Of a stretch of 64,000 bases of DNA, positions 19,388-28,476 are shown piece by piece (within the stretch, counting starts at the first letter, position 1; every line of letters begins with the position of its first letter). The stretch lies in IMG/VR virus record IMGVR_UViG_3300046522_000750; one strand, written 5' to 3'. The notes beneath the pieces are model-generated. The model saw only the letters and a list, made by a program, of their open reading frames with translations, did not search any database and was not told the DNA's origin. The stretch is from a virus. Its lineage: Duplodnaviria; Heunggongvirae; Uroviricota; Caudoviricetes. A program made the translations under genes and the position numbers.

Positions 19388-19588
19388 ATGAGTGTTATGC
19401 GCCCCAACAAACCAGATTCAAGCCCCTGCAAAGGGATCTGCTCACATAATGTGGGCGGAGACGTTTGCACGGGTTGTGGGCGCACTGTGGAAGAGGTGCG
19501 GGACTGGAACCAGTATTCAAGCGAGAAGAAGATCGAGGTTAAACAGATATGTCGGGTGCGCTTGGGCTTTCCTCCGACCCAGGAATAA
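19388..19588 (+). CDS. DUF1289-type small Cys-rich (putative Fe-S) protein
   Basis: SPCKGICSHNVGGDVCTGCGRTVEEVRDWNQYSSEEK matches the DUF1289 cysteine pattern. Confidence 0.6.
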   Translation: MSVMRPNKPDSSPCKGICSHNVGGDVCTGCGRTVEEVRDWNQYSSEKKIEVKQICRVRLGFPPTQE

Positions 19589-19649
19589 CTCGGCACTCAA
19601 AGCGGTTGCCTTGCTGTAGACCTCCCACTTTTCCTTCCTGACCAACCTG

Positions 19650-19916
19650 GTGTTTTATATGGGCCCTACCGGAAGTCGCTGCATCGCTCATGGTGGCGAC
19701 TTGAACCAGACTGATTTGACGTGGCGGTGCGATGAGTGCGCTCGTTCTGGCATCAACAAGTGCCCCTGCGGAAGCCATGCCAGGCTGTTTGTGATGCCGT
19801 TGATGATAGGAGTCGCCTGCGAGTCCTGTACAGCCTCTGTGCTCACCGTAGGCGTCGGGAAGAACATTCGCACCATGTGGAATAACGGTCTTCGCGGACG
19901 TCAAGCGGATCGCTAG
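19650..19916 (+). CDS. small Cys-rich hypothetical protein
   Basis: 88-aa ORF with CxxC pairs (CDECARSGINKCPCGSHA, CESCTAS). Confidence 0.35.
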   Translation: MFYMGPTGSRCIAHGGDLNQTDLTWRCDECARSGINKCPCGSHARLFVMPLMIGVACESCTASVLTVGVGKNIRTMWNNGLRGRQADR

Positions 19917-20016
19917 AGAGCGGGTCTGGTTCGTTTCCACGCTGTCGCCTTTCCAACAGATTTTCCTGCCTGCCCAACCTGCTTTTGCCTTCCAGCTTTG
20001 CGGTGGCTTTTGCTGG

Positions 20017-20044
20017 CAAACAAAAAGACCCCGCATTGCGGGGC
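20017..20044 (-). terminator. rho-independent terminator of the Hsp20 gene
   Basis: Hairpin CCCCGC-att-GCGGGG (20029-20043) followed on the minus strand by T-run (complement of caaacaaaaa). Confidence 0.6.
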
Positions 20045-20061
20045 CTCGTTCCTGACCAGCT

Positions 20062-20505
20062 TTAAGCTGCGGTGACCTTGATGGTTCGCGGCTTCTCGGC
20101 TTCAGGGATGATCGCTTTGGCCCTGACGATCAGCATGCCTTGTTTGAAGGTCGCCTCCACTTCAACGGGGTTCGAGAACTCAAACGTGTGCGCGAACTCT
20201 TTGCGGGAAATACCCCTGGCGTAGAATTTCACTTCCTCTGGAAGGGCAGTTGGCTTGCCGGAGATGGTCATCCGCTTGCCTTCGATAGAAACGTCGATGT
20301 TGTTTTCATCGTAGCCGGCCAGTGCCATCTGAATTTCGAAGTCATTGTCTCCGTGCATCAGGATGTCAGTGGGCGGGTATGGAATGGCCTTCAGGTCAGC
20401 GCGTGCGTTGGCAGTTGGCCTGGCCATGTAGTCAGTGCCAAATAGCAGGTTGTGATTGATCAAATAGGCAAGTTGCGATTGTCTCATTGCGCTGATCGTT
20501 CTCAT
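20062..20505 (-). CDS. ibpA: small heat-shock protein, Hsp20/IbpA family
   Basis: alpha-crystallin domain (YPPTDI...FEIQMALAGYDENNIDVSIEGKRMTISG...GISRKEFAHTFEF...GMLIVRAKAIIPEAEKPRTIKV); start placed at Met6 of the ORF because AGGA lies 8 nt upstream (ORF extends to 20520). Confidence 0.8.
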   Translation of the reverse strand: MRTISAMRQSQLAYLINHNLLFGTDYMARPTANARADLKAIPYPPTDILMHGDNDFEIQMALAGYDENNIDVSIEGKRMTISGKPTALPEEVKFYARGISRKEFAHTFEFSNPVEVEATFKQGMLIVRAKAIIPEAEKPRTIKVTAA

Positions 20506-20716
20506 TGTGTTCGTCCTCATTGAGCGACTGGTAGTTAACGCAGCCCGAAGGCCTGCGCATCACGCCGATAGGCCGTGACAAAATAATTTTAAAATATTGA
20601 CAAAACTGATTTCAAGCCCCTTGAACACATTTTTATTAACATTTTTCATGTTCTGGTATGTTTACAGAATACCCTTTAAGGGTTATTCTTTGTTCATTCC
20701 AACACAGGACATCGAC

Positions 20717-21115
20717 ATGACGCCCAATGCCTACGCCAAACTCAACGAGTTGAGAAACAAATCCCAAGAGCAACAGTTAATCCACGTTGATGAGCTGAAT
20801 GAACCAGAGCGGGATCGCACCCTTTTGTATGGGTTTACCTGTGACCGTGACACCTTTCACGTGTACCTCAAAGATGGTCAGATTCATCGCGTGATCTACA
20901 AATTCGGCGGCCAGACCATCAATGCCATCAGTGGTGTTGAACTTGCGGTGAATTTGCTGTCGCCAGACAAACGCACCTACCCAGAAGCATGCGATGAACA
21001 GTTTTGCTTCCTGATGCATTACAAGGATCAGCACGTCAGCTATACGACTTATGATCATGAACGTAAGCCTGCACAATTCTCCGGTAAGCTGATCGAAGAG
21101 CTGATCCCGGCTTAA
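20717..21115 (+). CDS. hypothetical protein (ORF extends to 20597, but the first 40 codons are AT-rich promoter-like DNA)
   Basis: ATG at 20717 preceded by acAGGAcatcgac; ORF to 21115. Confidence 0.5.
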   Translation: MTPNAYAKLNELRNKSQEQQLIHVDELNEPERDRTLLYGFTCDRDTFHVYLKDGQIHRVIYKFGGQTINAISGVELAVNLLSPDKRTYPEACDEQFCFLMHYKDQHVSYTTYDHERKPAQFSGKLIEELIPA

Positions 21116-21170
21116 CGACTATGCTGACGTGGCTCGTTGATCAGGCCCTCGCACTCAGGAAAATTACCAG

Positions 21171-21590
21171 ATGTTCATCAAAGATACCTACAGCCAGCGT
21201 CGACTCGAGAAGTTGTTTCATCGCGAGGTGCTAGGCGTTGTCGACTTTGAAGCTCTGCACGAAAGGATCAGGTCGGCGATCAGGCAAGCCAAGGTCTTGA
21301 ATGCCAAGTTTTCGGTCTCCTACACGATTCGAGAATCTGAGGCTGAAGGCCAAGGCTGGATGTCCTACACAATCAAACTCACCGGCAATACCGGCTTTTT
21401 CTTCAAACGGTCTGTTTCGGCACATGTTCAATTCGAGTCGATTTGTCTTTACGAGGAGCCCGTGCAGGTCGAGGCGTCCACCGAAATCAAAGAAACTCGT
21501 AACGTTTTTGAGACGACCACGTTGTATCAAACTTATATCGGACAGGGGCGCGGCAAGCGCACGATGCCCGGCACTGACCACCTCGTTTGA
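21171..21590 (+). CDS. hypothetical protein (139 aa)
   Basis: Long ORF. Confidence 0.5.
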   Translation: MFIKDTYSQRRLEKLFHREVLGVVDFEALHERIRSAIRQAKVLNAKFSVSYTIRESEAEGQGWMSYTIKLTGNTGFFFKRSVSAHVQFESICLYEEPVQVEASTEIKETRNVFETTTLYQTYIGQGRGKRTMPGTDHLV

Positions 21591-21591
21591 T

Positions 21592-21632
21592 TGACTACTT
21601 GACCACTTGACTACTTGACTCGATAAGATATT
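21592..21632. repeat. tandem octamer repeat (TTGACYAC) x4-5
   Basis: ttgattgactacttgaccacttgactacttgactcg directly after the stop at 21590. Confidence 0.6.
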
Positions 21633-21683
21633 CGCTGCTAGCATTTACTCATTGGCTCAATGTTGAGCCGGTGAGGATGCGCC

Positions 21684-22310
21684 ATGAGCATTGAAATTAT
21701 TGAGCAACCAGCAGAAAACGCCATTTCGCTGGAACTGGCAAAGGCTTCCCTTCTGCAAACATTCACTGACAAGATCAACGCACTACCGCCATTCATGGTG
21801 ATGGAAGCGGTCTTGATGGATGATGACGCCTCGCTGGCCTTCATAACGCAGAAGCGAGACAAGCCGCCAAAACCGCTCAGCATCAGAGTTCGAAACCAAT
21901 TGGCCTTCGCCAAGTTGAAGGGTAATGCTTTCGAATCACTCCACAAGTCGTATGACCTTGTGGGGTCTAATGATGTGTGCACAATTCTGGGTATTACCAA
22001 GCAAGCCTTAAGTCTCAAGACCAGGGCTGGCGAGGTCGTGGCGTACACCAAGGATCGTCGCAAGTATTTCCCGGCTTTTCAGTTCGTGAGCAACAAGGTT
22101 TCGCCCGACGTCGGCAACATCATCAAGGCTCTTGGCATTGACCCTACGAATGAGACGATGATGAATTTTCTTATTCTCTTCCTGGCGCAGTCCATGGAGT
22201 TCCACGGCCCATCAAAGCCCGAGATTCCTCGGTACAAGCTGCTCGGCGATGCCAGCGCTATCACCATCATAATTCGCGACTTTAACAACCGCGCTGAAAT
22301 GGGCAAGTGA
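21684..22310 (+). CDS. hypothetical protein (208 aa), possible HTH segment
   Basis: Long ORF; VCTILGITKQALSLKTRAGEV resembles a helix-turn-helix. Confidence 0.5.
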   Translation: MSIEIIEQPAENAISLELAKASLLQTFTDKINALPPFMVMEAVLMDDDASLAFITQKRDKPPKPLSIRVRNQLAFAKLKGNAFESLHKSYDLVGSNDVCTILGITKQALSLKTRAGEVVAYTKDRRKYFPAFQFVSNKVSPDVGNIIKALGIDPTNETMMNFLILFLAQSMEFHGPSKPEIPRYKLLGDASAITIIIRDFNNRAEMGK

Positions 22311-22379
22311 TCCGCCCAGTCCAAAGAAAAACTCGCTTCGGCGCGTTTTTCTTTGATTTCATTTAATTGTCAGTCACTG

Positions 22380-23609
22380 TCAATCGAACCCAGGCGTCGA
22401 GTCATCCAGCCTGTCACGCAGCCTCAGCGCAGGCAGCTCATCAACGTCGATGGAGAAAAGTCCCATCTTTTCGCGCAACTCGGCGATTCGCTCTGGACTG
22501 ACTCCTTCATCAAAATCCTGTTGAGCCAGCTTTTCAGGCACCGCCACCCTCGGCTCGCAGATGAAGCGGCGATCCACGACACCAATGTGCTGTTCAATCG
22601 CATGGAACAGGGCCTTAGGGTCGTTGCCGATGTACCTGCCCGAATGTTTGAGGCTGTTGAGCTCAACCAGAACTGGCCCGCGCTCAGTGATGCCGAAGTC
22701 GGCCACATACGACGGCGCCAAATGGGTGTTCTGCTGGGCGAATTCTTCAGCCAGCTTTTGAATCGCAGCCGGCACCGGATAGCTCACATAGTCGGTGTAC
22801 GACGACAGGCTGGTGACCTTTCCATCGACAATAAACGCTCGGTATTCGCCCTTGTGCTCGGGCGCCCTTTCGAACGTCAGCACATCAGAAAGCATCACAC
22901 CCTCTTCAGGGTCGAACAGACACAGTCGGCCAGGCTCCATGCTGTCCCGATACGGGCAATACCACCTGGGCATCTGGAAGAAGGCCATGAAATCACTGTC
23001 TTTAGCGCTTGGGTCGAAAATCATTTTGTCCCCAAACAGAGCTTTTAGATCTCCGAGCGGCTTGATCATCGCGTACAAGTCATCCTCGGTCTGCAGGACG
23101 TGGTGCAGACTGAAGCCACTGCCCTTCTCCACTCCCTTGATGAACACAGGAGTACGGATATCCCCGGCAGCCATCATCTCGTTGAACCTCGCCTTGCTCA
23201 GATCAACCACAGTGCGCTGTAGAAAGTGGTCTGAGTTGTTGAGGTGTCTTGGCCAGTGCTTGACGACATCGTCATTGACCTCGGAGATGTAGCGCGCAAA
23301 ACCGTCCAGGTCGGGATGAGAGAGGTTGACCGAATTCAAACGCATGACCACTTGGCTGGCCAGGCTCATTTTGGTCACGTCGGTGTTGGAATCGATGATC
23401 TCGACCGGCTTGGTCTTATCGCCAAAGCTGAAGTTCTTGCTGACCACCACATAAGGGATTTCAAGCGCCCGGCAGGCCAGTATTTCCCCGGCGTGTTCGC
23501 GGTTGACGCAGTAATCCATTTCTTCGTTCTGCTCGGTGTCGCCATGAGCGGCAACACCCAAAAAGTCACTGAGGCAATCGGCTGACTCAAATTCAAAAAC
23601 TACTAGCAT
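22380..23609 (-). CDS. ATP-grasp fold protein (RimK-like peptide/protein ligase family)
   Basis: C-terminal ATP-grasp signature FGITERGPVLVELNSLKHSG (compare RimK RGPLVMEVNASPG), EYRAFIVDGKV, PVFIKGVEKGSGFS; lies 30 nt downstream of the tail-bearing gene 23640-24278 on the same strand. Confidence 0.55.
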   Translation of the reverse strand: MLVVFEFESADCLSDFLGVAAHGDTEQNEEMDYCVNREHAGEILACRALEIPYVVVSKNFSFGDKTKPVEIIDSNTDVTKMSLASQVVMRLNSVNLSHPDLDGFARYISEVNDDVVKHWPRHLNNSDHFLQRTVVDLSKARFNEMMAAGDIRTPVFIKGVEKGSGFSLHHVLQTEDDLYAMIKPLGDLKALFGDKMIFDPSAKDSDFMAFFQMPRWYCPYRDSMEPGRLCLFDPEEGVMLSDVLTFERAPEHKGEYRAFIVDGKVTSLSSYTDYVSYPVPAAIQKLAEEFAQQNTHLAPSYVADFGITERGPVLVELNSLKHSGRYIGNDPKALFHAIEQHIGVVDRRFICEPRVAVPEKLAQQDFDEGVSPERIAELREKMGLFSIDVDELPALRLRDRLDDSTPGFD

Positions 23610-23639
23610 TGGAAAGCTCCTGTAGGGGGTTGTTGGCGC

Positions 23640-24278
23640 TCAAAGCCCTAATCGCTCAGACAGCAACTCTCCAGCGTCCTTGCGGCTGATAACACGCTCT
23701 AGGCCGATCAGATCGTATTTGCGCACGAGCCTGCCCAGTGCTTTCTGCGAAACGTGATTGATCAGGAAATCTTTATGGCCTTGCATCTCAGTGAAAAACT
23801 TCAGAACCACACCCTGTGCGAACTCCTGATCAACGTTTTTCGTGCCATAGGAGGCCGACCCAACACCCAGCAGCTTCAGAACACCCGAGTGGTCAAGCTT
23901 GACGGTTTCGGCCCATAGGGCATGCACGAACAGCCTGACGTCCGCCTTGTCTTGCTTGAGTGCCTTCATCGTCACGGCCAGCATTTGGTAGTACGCCGGC
24001 ATGGTCATGAATTTGGAGCATTCCACATGCACCTCTGCCAATTTGTAGCAAATAAACTCGCGAGACCGCTTCGGGTCTGTTTCCAGGGAACAAAGCAGGT
24101 AAAAGCCATATTCGGTACGGGATTCAAGGCCGCGAATCAGGTCGACATTAAAGCCGTGATTAACGGTAGAGATTGCCGCATCCAGCTGGCGCTGCTCACG
24201 TTCGGGAAGCCAGGAAAAACGACCCTCCACGCCGGCAACCTTCATCACGTTCAGCCTAACAAGATCGTCGTAATTCAC
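23640..24278 (-). CDS. family B-like protein carrying the LGL tail (212 aa)
   Basis: C-terminus ...ISRKDAGELLSERLGL; FFTEMQGHKDFL aligns to the B-family (F)LDIFGIEAL segment. Confidence 0.6.
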   Translation of the reverse strand: MNYDDLVRLNVMKVAGVEGRFSWLPEREQRQLDAAISTVNHGFNVDLIRGLESRTEYGFYLLCSLETDPKRSREFICYKLAEVHVECSKFMTMPAYYQMLAVTMKALKQDKADVRLFVHALWAETVKLDHSGVLKLLGVGSASYGTKNVDQEFAQGVVLKFFTEMQGHKDFLINHVSQKALGRLVRKYDLIGLERVISRKDAGELLSERLGL

Positions 24279-24413
24279 GTTTTAGTCTCCAATTTGAACC
24301 AGTATAGCCGGGGAGAGGCTGGTGGATGAAGCCATTCCCTGGGGTCTGATATTAGGAAAAACCCGATCCAGATCATCGTTTCTGCAATAAGTTCAAAAAC
24401 TCCCAAAAGAAAA

Positions 24414-25217
24414 TTGAAAATATTTCCCGTGATGGCTAAGATGCGCGCCCACTTCAACGCCTATCACAACACGATCATGAAAATTTCCCATATTTTCTCA
24501 GCTTTTTTGTTTCTGACGATTCCTGTCTCCGAAAAGCTCATGGCCTCTGAAATCATGGGTCAGACCTGCCCGAATGTTGGACAGCACCGCATCAAGTTCC
24601 CCGACCGTTTCATGCAGTACGAAGACGATCTGTATCCGAGCATCAACGCCATTACCTGCGGTACTGAGCCCAACAGTATCCAGATCCAGGTCAGCCTCCC
24701 CTACGTCGAGCGAGCGCAGGAAATCCCTGGCACCATCGAGAAAGAGCACAATCTGCAGATCACGCTCAAGCCTCTGTCGCCGACCTCCAGCCGACCGATC
24801 AAGACCACCCTTAAGTCAATCTACAACCCGAAGAACTACGCGGACGCCAAGAGCACGCCGTTCCCCAAGGTTGTGGTGGAAAACGGCCTGACTTACGTCA
24901 AGGGTCGCCCGGCAGAAGGAGGAACGGATCGCGTTGATTTTTACTTGAAGCCTGACAAAAAGGGCAACACGGATCTGGCCATCTACTGCTACCTGTCCGA
25001 TGGGCTTCCCGATGCCAAAAGCTGCCTGATGGGTTACGCCGATAAAGAATACGAGCTGGACGTCCTGGTGAAGATCAATGAGTCGGAAGTGCGCGACTAC
25101 AAGAATATCAAGCAGTCGGTTTCGGAAATCATCGACAGCATCATTGAGAAAAAAGAAGGGCCTAGGAAGGATGTGAGCTTTCCGATGAGCCAGGCGCCCG
25201 ACCATATCGGCGTTTGA
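24414..25217 (+). CDS. secreted hypothetical protein (likely start at Met 24477, MKISHIFSAFLFLTIPVSEKLMA signal peptide)
   Basis: Signal-peptide-like segment; long ORF. Confidence 0.55.
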   Translation: MKIFPVMAKMRAHFNAYHNTIMKISHIFSAFLFLTIPVSEKLMASEIMGQTCPNVGQHRIKFPDRFMQYEDDLYPSINAITCGTEPNSIQIQVSLPYVERAQEIPGTIEKEHNLQITLKPLSPTSSRPIKTTLKSIYNPKNYADAKSTPFPKVVVENGLTYVKGRPAEGGTDRVDFYLKPDKKGNTDLAIYCYLSDGLPDAKSCLMGYADKEYELDVLVKINESEVRDYKNIKQSVSEIIDSIIEKKEGPRKDVSFPMSQAPDHIGV

Positions 25218-25457
25218 TTGAATCCATCCTGCCCAAAGTGTTAATGTATTGAGGTCTACAGCGCCAAGCTGTCCGGCCTGCTGAACCAGTTTTACTGGCA
25301 CCAGGCTGGCTTGTGATGGACGTGCTAGGGGGAAAACACCAGAGCCAATGGCTACAGCGAGCGATTCGCCTTTCATGCCTCAGCAGGTGGCGATTGTAGA
25401 TGCGAAAAAGGCGAAGCCAGTGATGGTTTCGCCTTTTTTGCTTTAGGGCCTACTGGA

Positions 25458-26321
25458 TTACAAGCCCAGGCCGCCATCATATTTTATGGGCGTTGTGCGC
25501 TTCTCGACTTCGATTTCGATTTCGTGGCGCTTTGCGATCTCAGCCGCCACTTGTGGGAAGCCGGCATCGCGCAGCTTATTGGTCACGCTGAGGGCATGTG
25601 CACTGTGATCTTGACCTGCCTCTTCATAAGCTTGCGAATAAAAGCCAGTAAGCGCCGGGATAGCTTTGATCTCATCAGCTGTCAGTGGGTTTTTAGCGAA
25701 CTCATCCACTCTGAAAATCTGAGCCGATGGCGAGAATTCAATGGCATAGTTACCAAACGTTGACCCTGTTGCCATCTGAGAAAGCCACTCGCGCTCCGTG
25801 TAGATGCTGCGCACAGGATCCATAAAACTTAAGCCTGTACTTTCGGATTCTGGGGCGGTGAGCGACAGAGCAGAAGCTGCCATAAAAGTGGCAGCCTGAG
25901 GGGTTTGGATGGCATCCACGAACGCGTCGACGAACTCCTTGCGGGTGACGGGAGTAATGTCGGACAGCGAATTTAAAATGGCTTTTAGATTCTTTTCGGA
26001 AAACATGCTCCAGCCAGGGTTATTCAGCTGTGCTCTCATGGCGTCTAGATCTGATTCTTCGATCTTGTGCAGATAAAGCAGTGGCGTACCCGCATATTCT
26101 GAATCGGCAGCAGCGAACTCATAGCGTTCAAGATCGGATAAAGGACTCTTGGCGCCTTTAGCCCTGAGGTACAGACCGAAGAACGGCTCACCATGCGCAT
26201 TTGGATGATCCATGGTCGGATCAAAGCCTTCGAAAATGCCGTTGGCGGATGATTTGTATTCTGTGCTCACGGGAAGCTCCATTCGTTTCATTAAGTCCAG
26301 TGTATCGACTGAGCTTGACAT
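25458..26321 (-). CDS. hypothetical protein ending in GGLGL (family C, 287 aa)
   Basis: Paralog of 26417-27250 (FGLY.RAKG / FGFYPRPEAK; AFV.AIQ.PQ; LTADE.KA.P motifs); C-terminus ...IKYDGGLGL. Confidence 0.7.
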   Translation of the reverse strand: MSSSVDTLDLMKRMELPVSTEYKSSANGIFEGFDPTMDHPNAHGEPFFGLYLRAKGAKSPLSDLERYEFAAADSEYAGTPLLYLHKIEESDLDAMRAQLNNPGWSMFSEKNLKAILNSLSDITPVTRKEFVDAFVDAIQTPQAATFMAASALSLTAPESESTGLSFMDPVRSIYTEREWLSQMATGSTFGNYAIEFSPSAQIFRVDEFAKNPLTADEIKAIPALTGFYSQAYEEAGQDHSAHALSVTNKLRDAGFPQVAAEIAKRHEIEIEVEKRTTPIKYDGGLGL

Positions 26322-26364
26322 GGAACAATCACCGGCAGATCTCTCTATGAAAGCCGTTCACGCC

Positions 26365-26400
26365 TAAAAAATAAAAAAAGACGCGCCAGGCGGCGCGTCT
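26365..26400 (-). terminator. rho-independent terminator after gene 26417-27250
   Basis: 9-bp perfect stem AGACGCGCC-aggc-GGCGCGTCT (26379-26400), followed on the minus strand by TTTTTTATTTTTT. Confidence 0.8.
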
Positions 26401-26416
26401 CTTATTTACCCTCAAA

Positions 26417-27250
26417 TCACATGCCGAGGCCTGGATCTTCGTGTTTGCGCTGTGGCTTTGTTACCTCAGCCTCAAGCTCAAATTTCTTCGTGATGTATGC
26501 CGAAATTTCAGGGTAGCCGGCACTCTCCAGCTTCTTGGCGCACGACTCTGCATGGCGGCCCAGGTCATGCTCAACCTCAGCATACACCTCTGGAATTTCA
26601 CCGAGAATAAAAGGCATCGCCAAGACTTCATCCGCAGTCAGTGGGGCCGCCTCCCAAGCGGCAGCCCGAAAATACTGGCCAGACATCACAAAGTCACTCG
26701 GATTCGAGTCTTTCAGGTTATAGGCGACTGAAGCCAGCTCAACCATCCTCGCGGTGAACTGATTATCAGGGTTATTTCCAAGTACGCTTACACCAGGTAA
26801 ACCAAGCTCGCCCCGGACGTCACTTAATCTTCGGCTAATCGCGACCAACGCGTAGAACCCCGCGCACTGAGGCTGCTGAATCGCTTCAACATAAGCCTTG
26901 GCAAATTCACTTTTAGTCACGTCCGAAAATGCTTTTGAGGAATTCATCACCGACAGCGCCAACCGTGAAGAGCTTACGAAAATCTCCTGGCCGGCAGCAG
27001 CTGCTTTCAAGTTCTCAAGATCATCAATTGTGATCGCTCGATCAAATTCTGGATAAGGAATTTTTGAACGAAAATCAGTGAATTTATTTGGAGATCGTTT
27101 TGAAAACGCGATGAGGAAGGACTCTGTTTTTGCTTCGGGTCTTGGATAAAACCCAAACACAGGATCTCCATTGACCTTGGACAGATCCTGAGTCGGATCT
27201 AAACCTTCATAAATTTTTGCGATTTCTGGGTTTGGTTTAATGCTGGTCAT
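26417..27250 (-). CDS. hypothetical protein ending in PGLGM (family C, 277 aa)
   Basis: Paralog of 25458-26321; C-terminus ...KHEDPGLGM. Confidence 0.7.
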   Translation of the reverse strand: MTSIKPNPEIAKIYEGLDPTQDLSKVNGDPVFGFYPRPEAKTESFLIAFSKRSPNKFTDFRSKIPYPEFDRAITIDDLENLKAAAAGQEIFVSSSRLALSVMNSSKAFSDVTKSEFAKAYVEAIQQPQCAGFYALVAISRRLSDVRGELGLPGVSVLGNNPDNQFTARMVELASVAYNLKDSNPSDFVMSGQYFRAAAWEAAPLTADEVLAMPFILGEIPEVYAEVEHDLGRHAESCAKKLESAGYPEISAYITKKFELEAEVTKPQRKHEDPGLGM

Positions 27251-27344
27251 CGAGAAACTCCGCTGATAACTGTCCTTTCAGCCAGTATAAGGAGGGATCG
27301 AAGGGGCTAGCAACAGGAACCCCTCCAATCATTTCCTGACCAAC

Positions 27345-27827
27345 CTACGCCGTTTCGGCTTCAGGCACAGCCTGTGGCAGATCACCGGTATTCGCATACA
27401 AGTTCAAGTGCTTGATGAACCGGGCCACATCCTCGTGAATTTCATAGGGTCGGTCAAGCGTCCTGCTGCGGCGCTCGTTTACTGCACTTATCTTGGTCAG
27501 GTCAGTGGGCTCGACATCCTGGATCATGTAGCTGCCACCGCCCTGTATCTCGATAAACAGCAGGTTCCAGTTGCCGTGCATCGAATGATGCAGCGAGTGC
27601 AGGAAAGTCGCGAAGGTCTGCGCAGAATCTTTCGCTAATTCAAAACCTGTCGGCATGAAAGTCAAAGGATCAATCTTGGTTTCATAAATCCAGTTGGCCA
27701 GCATCGAGAAGTTCTTGACCTGCTCGCTGTCGCCCTTGATGCCCAGGTAACGTTCGACACTGAAGATCGCTTCGTGTGTTTTGTCGATCCAGCCTTGTTT
27801 TGTCGCATCCATCATGGAAGATCTCAA
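27345..27827 (-). CDS. hypothetical protein (160 aa)
   Basis: ORF; ATGA overlap with upstream gene. Confidence 0.5.
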   Translation of the reverse strand: MRSSMMDATKQGWIDKTHEAIFSVERYLGIKGDSEQVKNFSMLANWIYETKIDPLTFMPTGFELAKDSAQTFATFLHSLHHSMHGNWNLLFIEIQGGGSYMIQDVEPTDLTKISAVNERRSRTLDRPYEIHEDVARFIKHLNLYANTGDLPQAVPEAETA

Positions 27828-28450
27828 TCTTTTCGTTTACGCACAACGGCGATTAATTTATCGAACAGCTGACGAGCACCGCTGGACGGTATCTCGGTCG
27901 GAATTGGCGGTGGCGGTGCCTTGGCCTTCTCTTCTTCAGCCTTGTTTTTGTAGTACTGCGCAATTTGGCGCTCATACGGTGTGCGCTGGAGTGAATCCTC
28001 AAGCGATTCAAACCGAATGGGCTTGGCCTGACCCACCTCCAGGCTGTAGTGGTGCATCAGCCGAAAACAGGAGATGTGCGGCTTGTTGTCCATGGCCACG
28101 GCCATCGCCGTGTACAACACCGGGTCAATGCGCTGCAGCCAGCGAAAATTCTGAAGGCTCAAGGGGCTGACCTGGTTCGCAATCACATACATGCGGATGA
28201 TCGCCGTACGCCAATAGAAATGCGCAGTAGAGGCCTCTTCAAGCTCTTCATGCACGTCGGTTGGCGGGCCTTTGTCGATAAACCTGGATAGGGTCATCAA
28301 GGCCATCTCGGTGTCCCCTGACACGTGCATGGACAAACCACGGATCAGTTGCGTGTAAGCCTTGAACTGCAAGATCAACGGCTCCACGGTCAAAGCCGGG
28401 CCGAGTTGTTCCAGGGCTTGTTCAATCAGTTCGCTGTGCAGAATTTTCAA
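27824..28450 (-). CDS. hypothetical protein, paralog of 28477-28959 (start moved to TTG 28450)
   Basis: ORF runs to 28552 but would overlap the upstream paralog by 76 nt. The TTG at 28448-28450 follows AGGGGAG and makes the N-terminus (M)KILHSELIEQALEQLG, which aligns with MDLLHKVFGFPELREIDIQLG of the paralog. Confidence 0.5.
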   Translation of the reverse strand: MKILHSELIEQALEQLGPALTVEPLILQFKAYTQLIRGLSMHVSGDTEMALMTLSRFIDKGPPTDVHEELEEASTAHFYWRTAIIRMYVIANQVSPLSLQNFRWLQRIDPVLYTAMAVAMDNKPHISCFRLMHHYSLEVGQAKPIRFESLEDSLQRTPYERQIAQYYKNKAEEEKAKAPPPPIPTEIPSSGARQLFDKLIAVVRKRKD

Positions 28451-28476
28451 GGCCTTTTCTCCCCTACCAGGCCAGC

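Noticed and set aside
22353-23048. 231-aa plus-strand ORF
   Set aside because: It lies entirely antisense within the ATP-grasp gene 22380-23609, which has clear conserved motifs.
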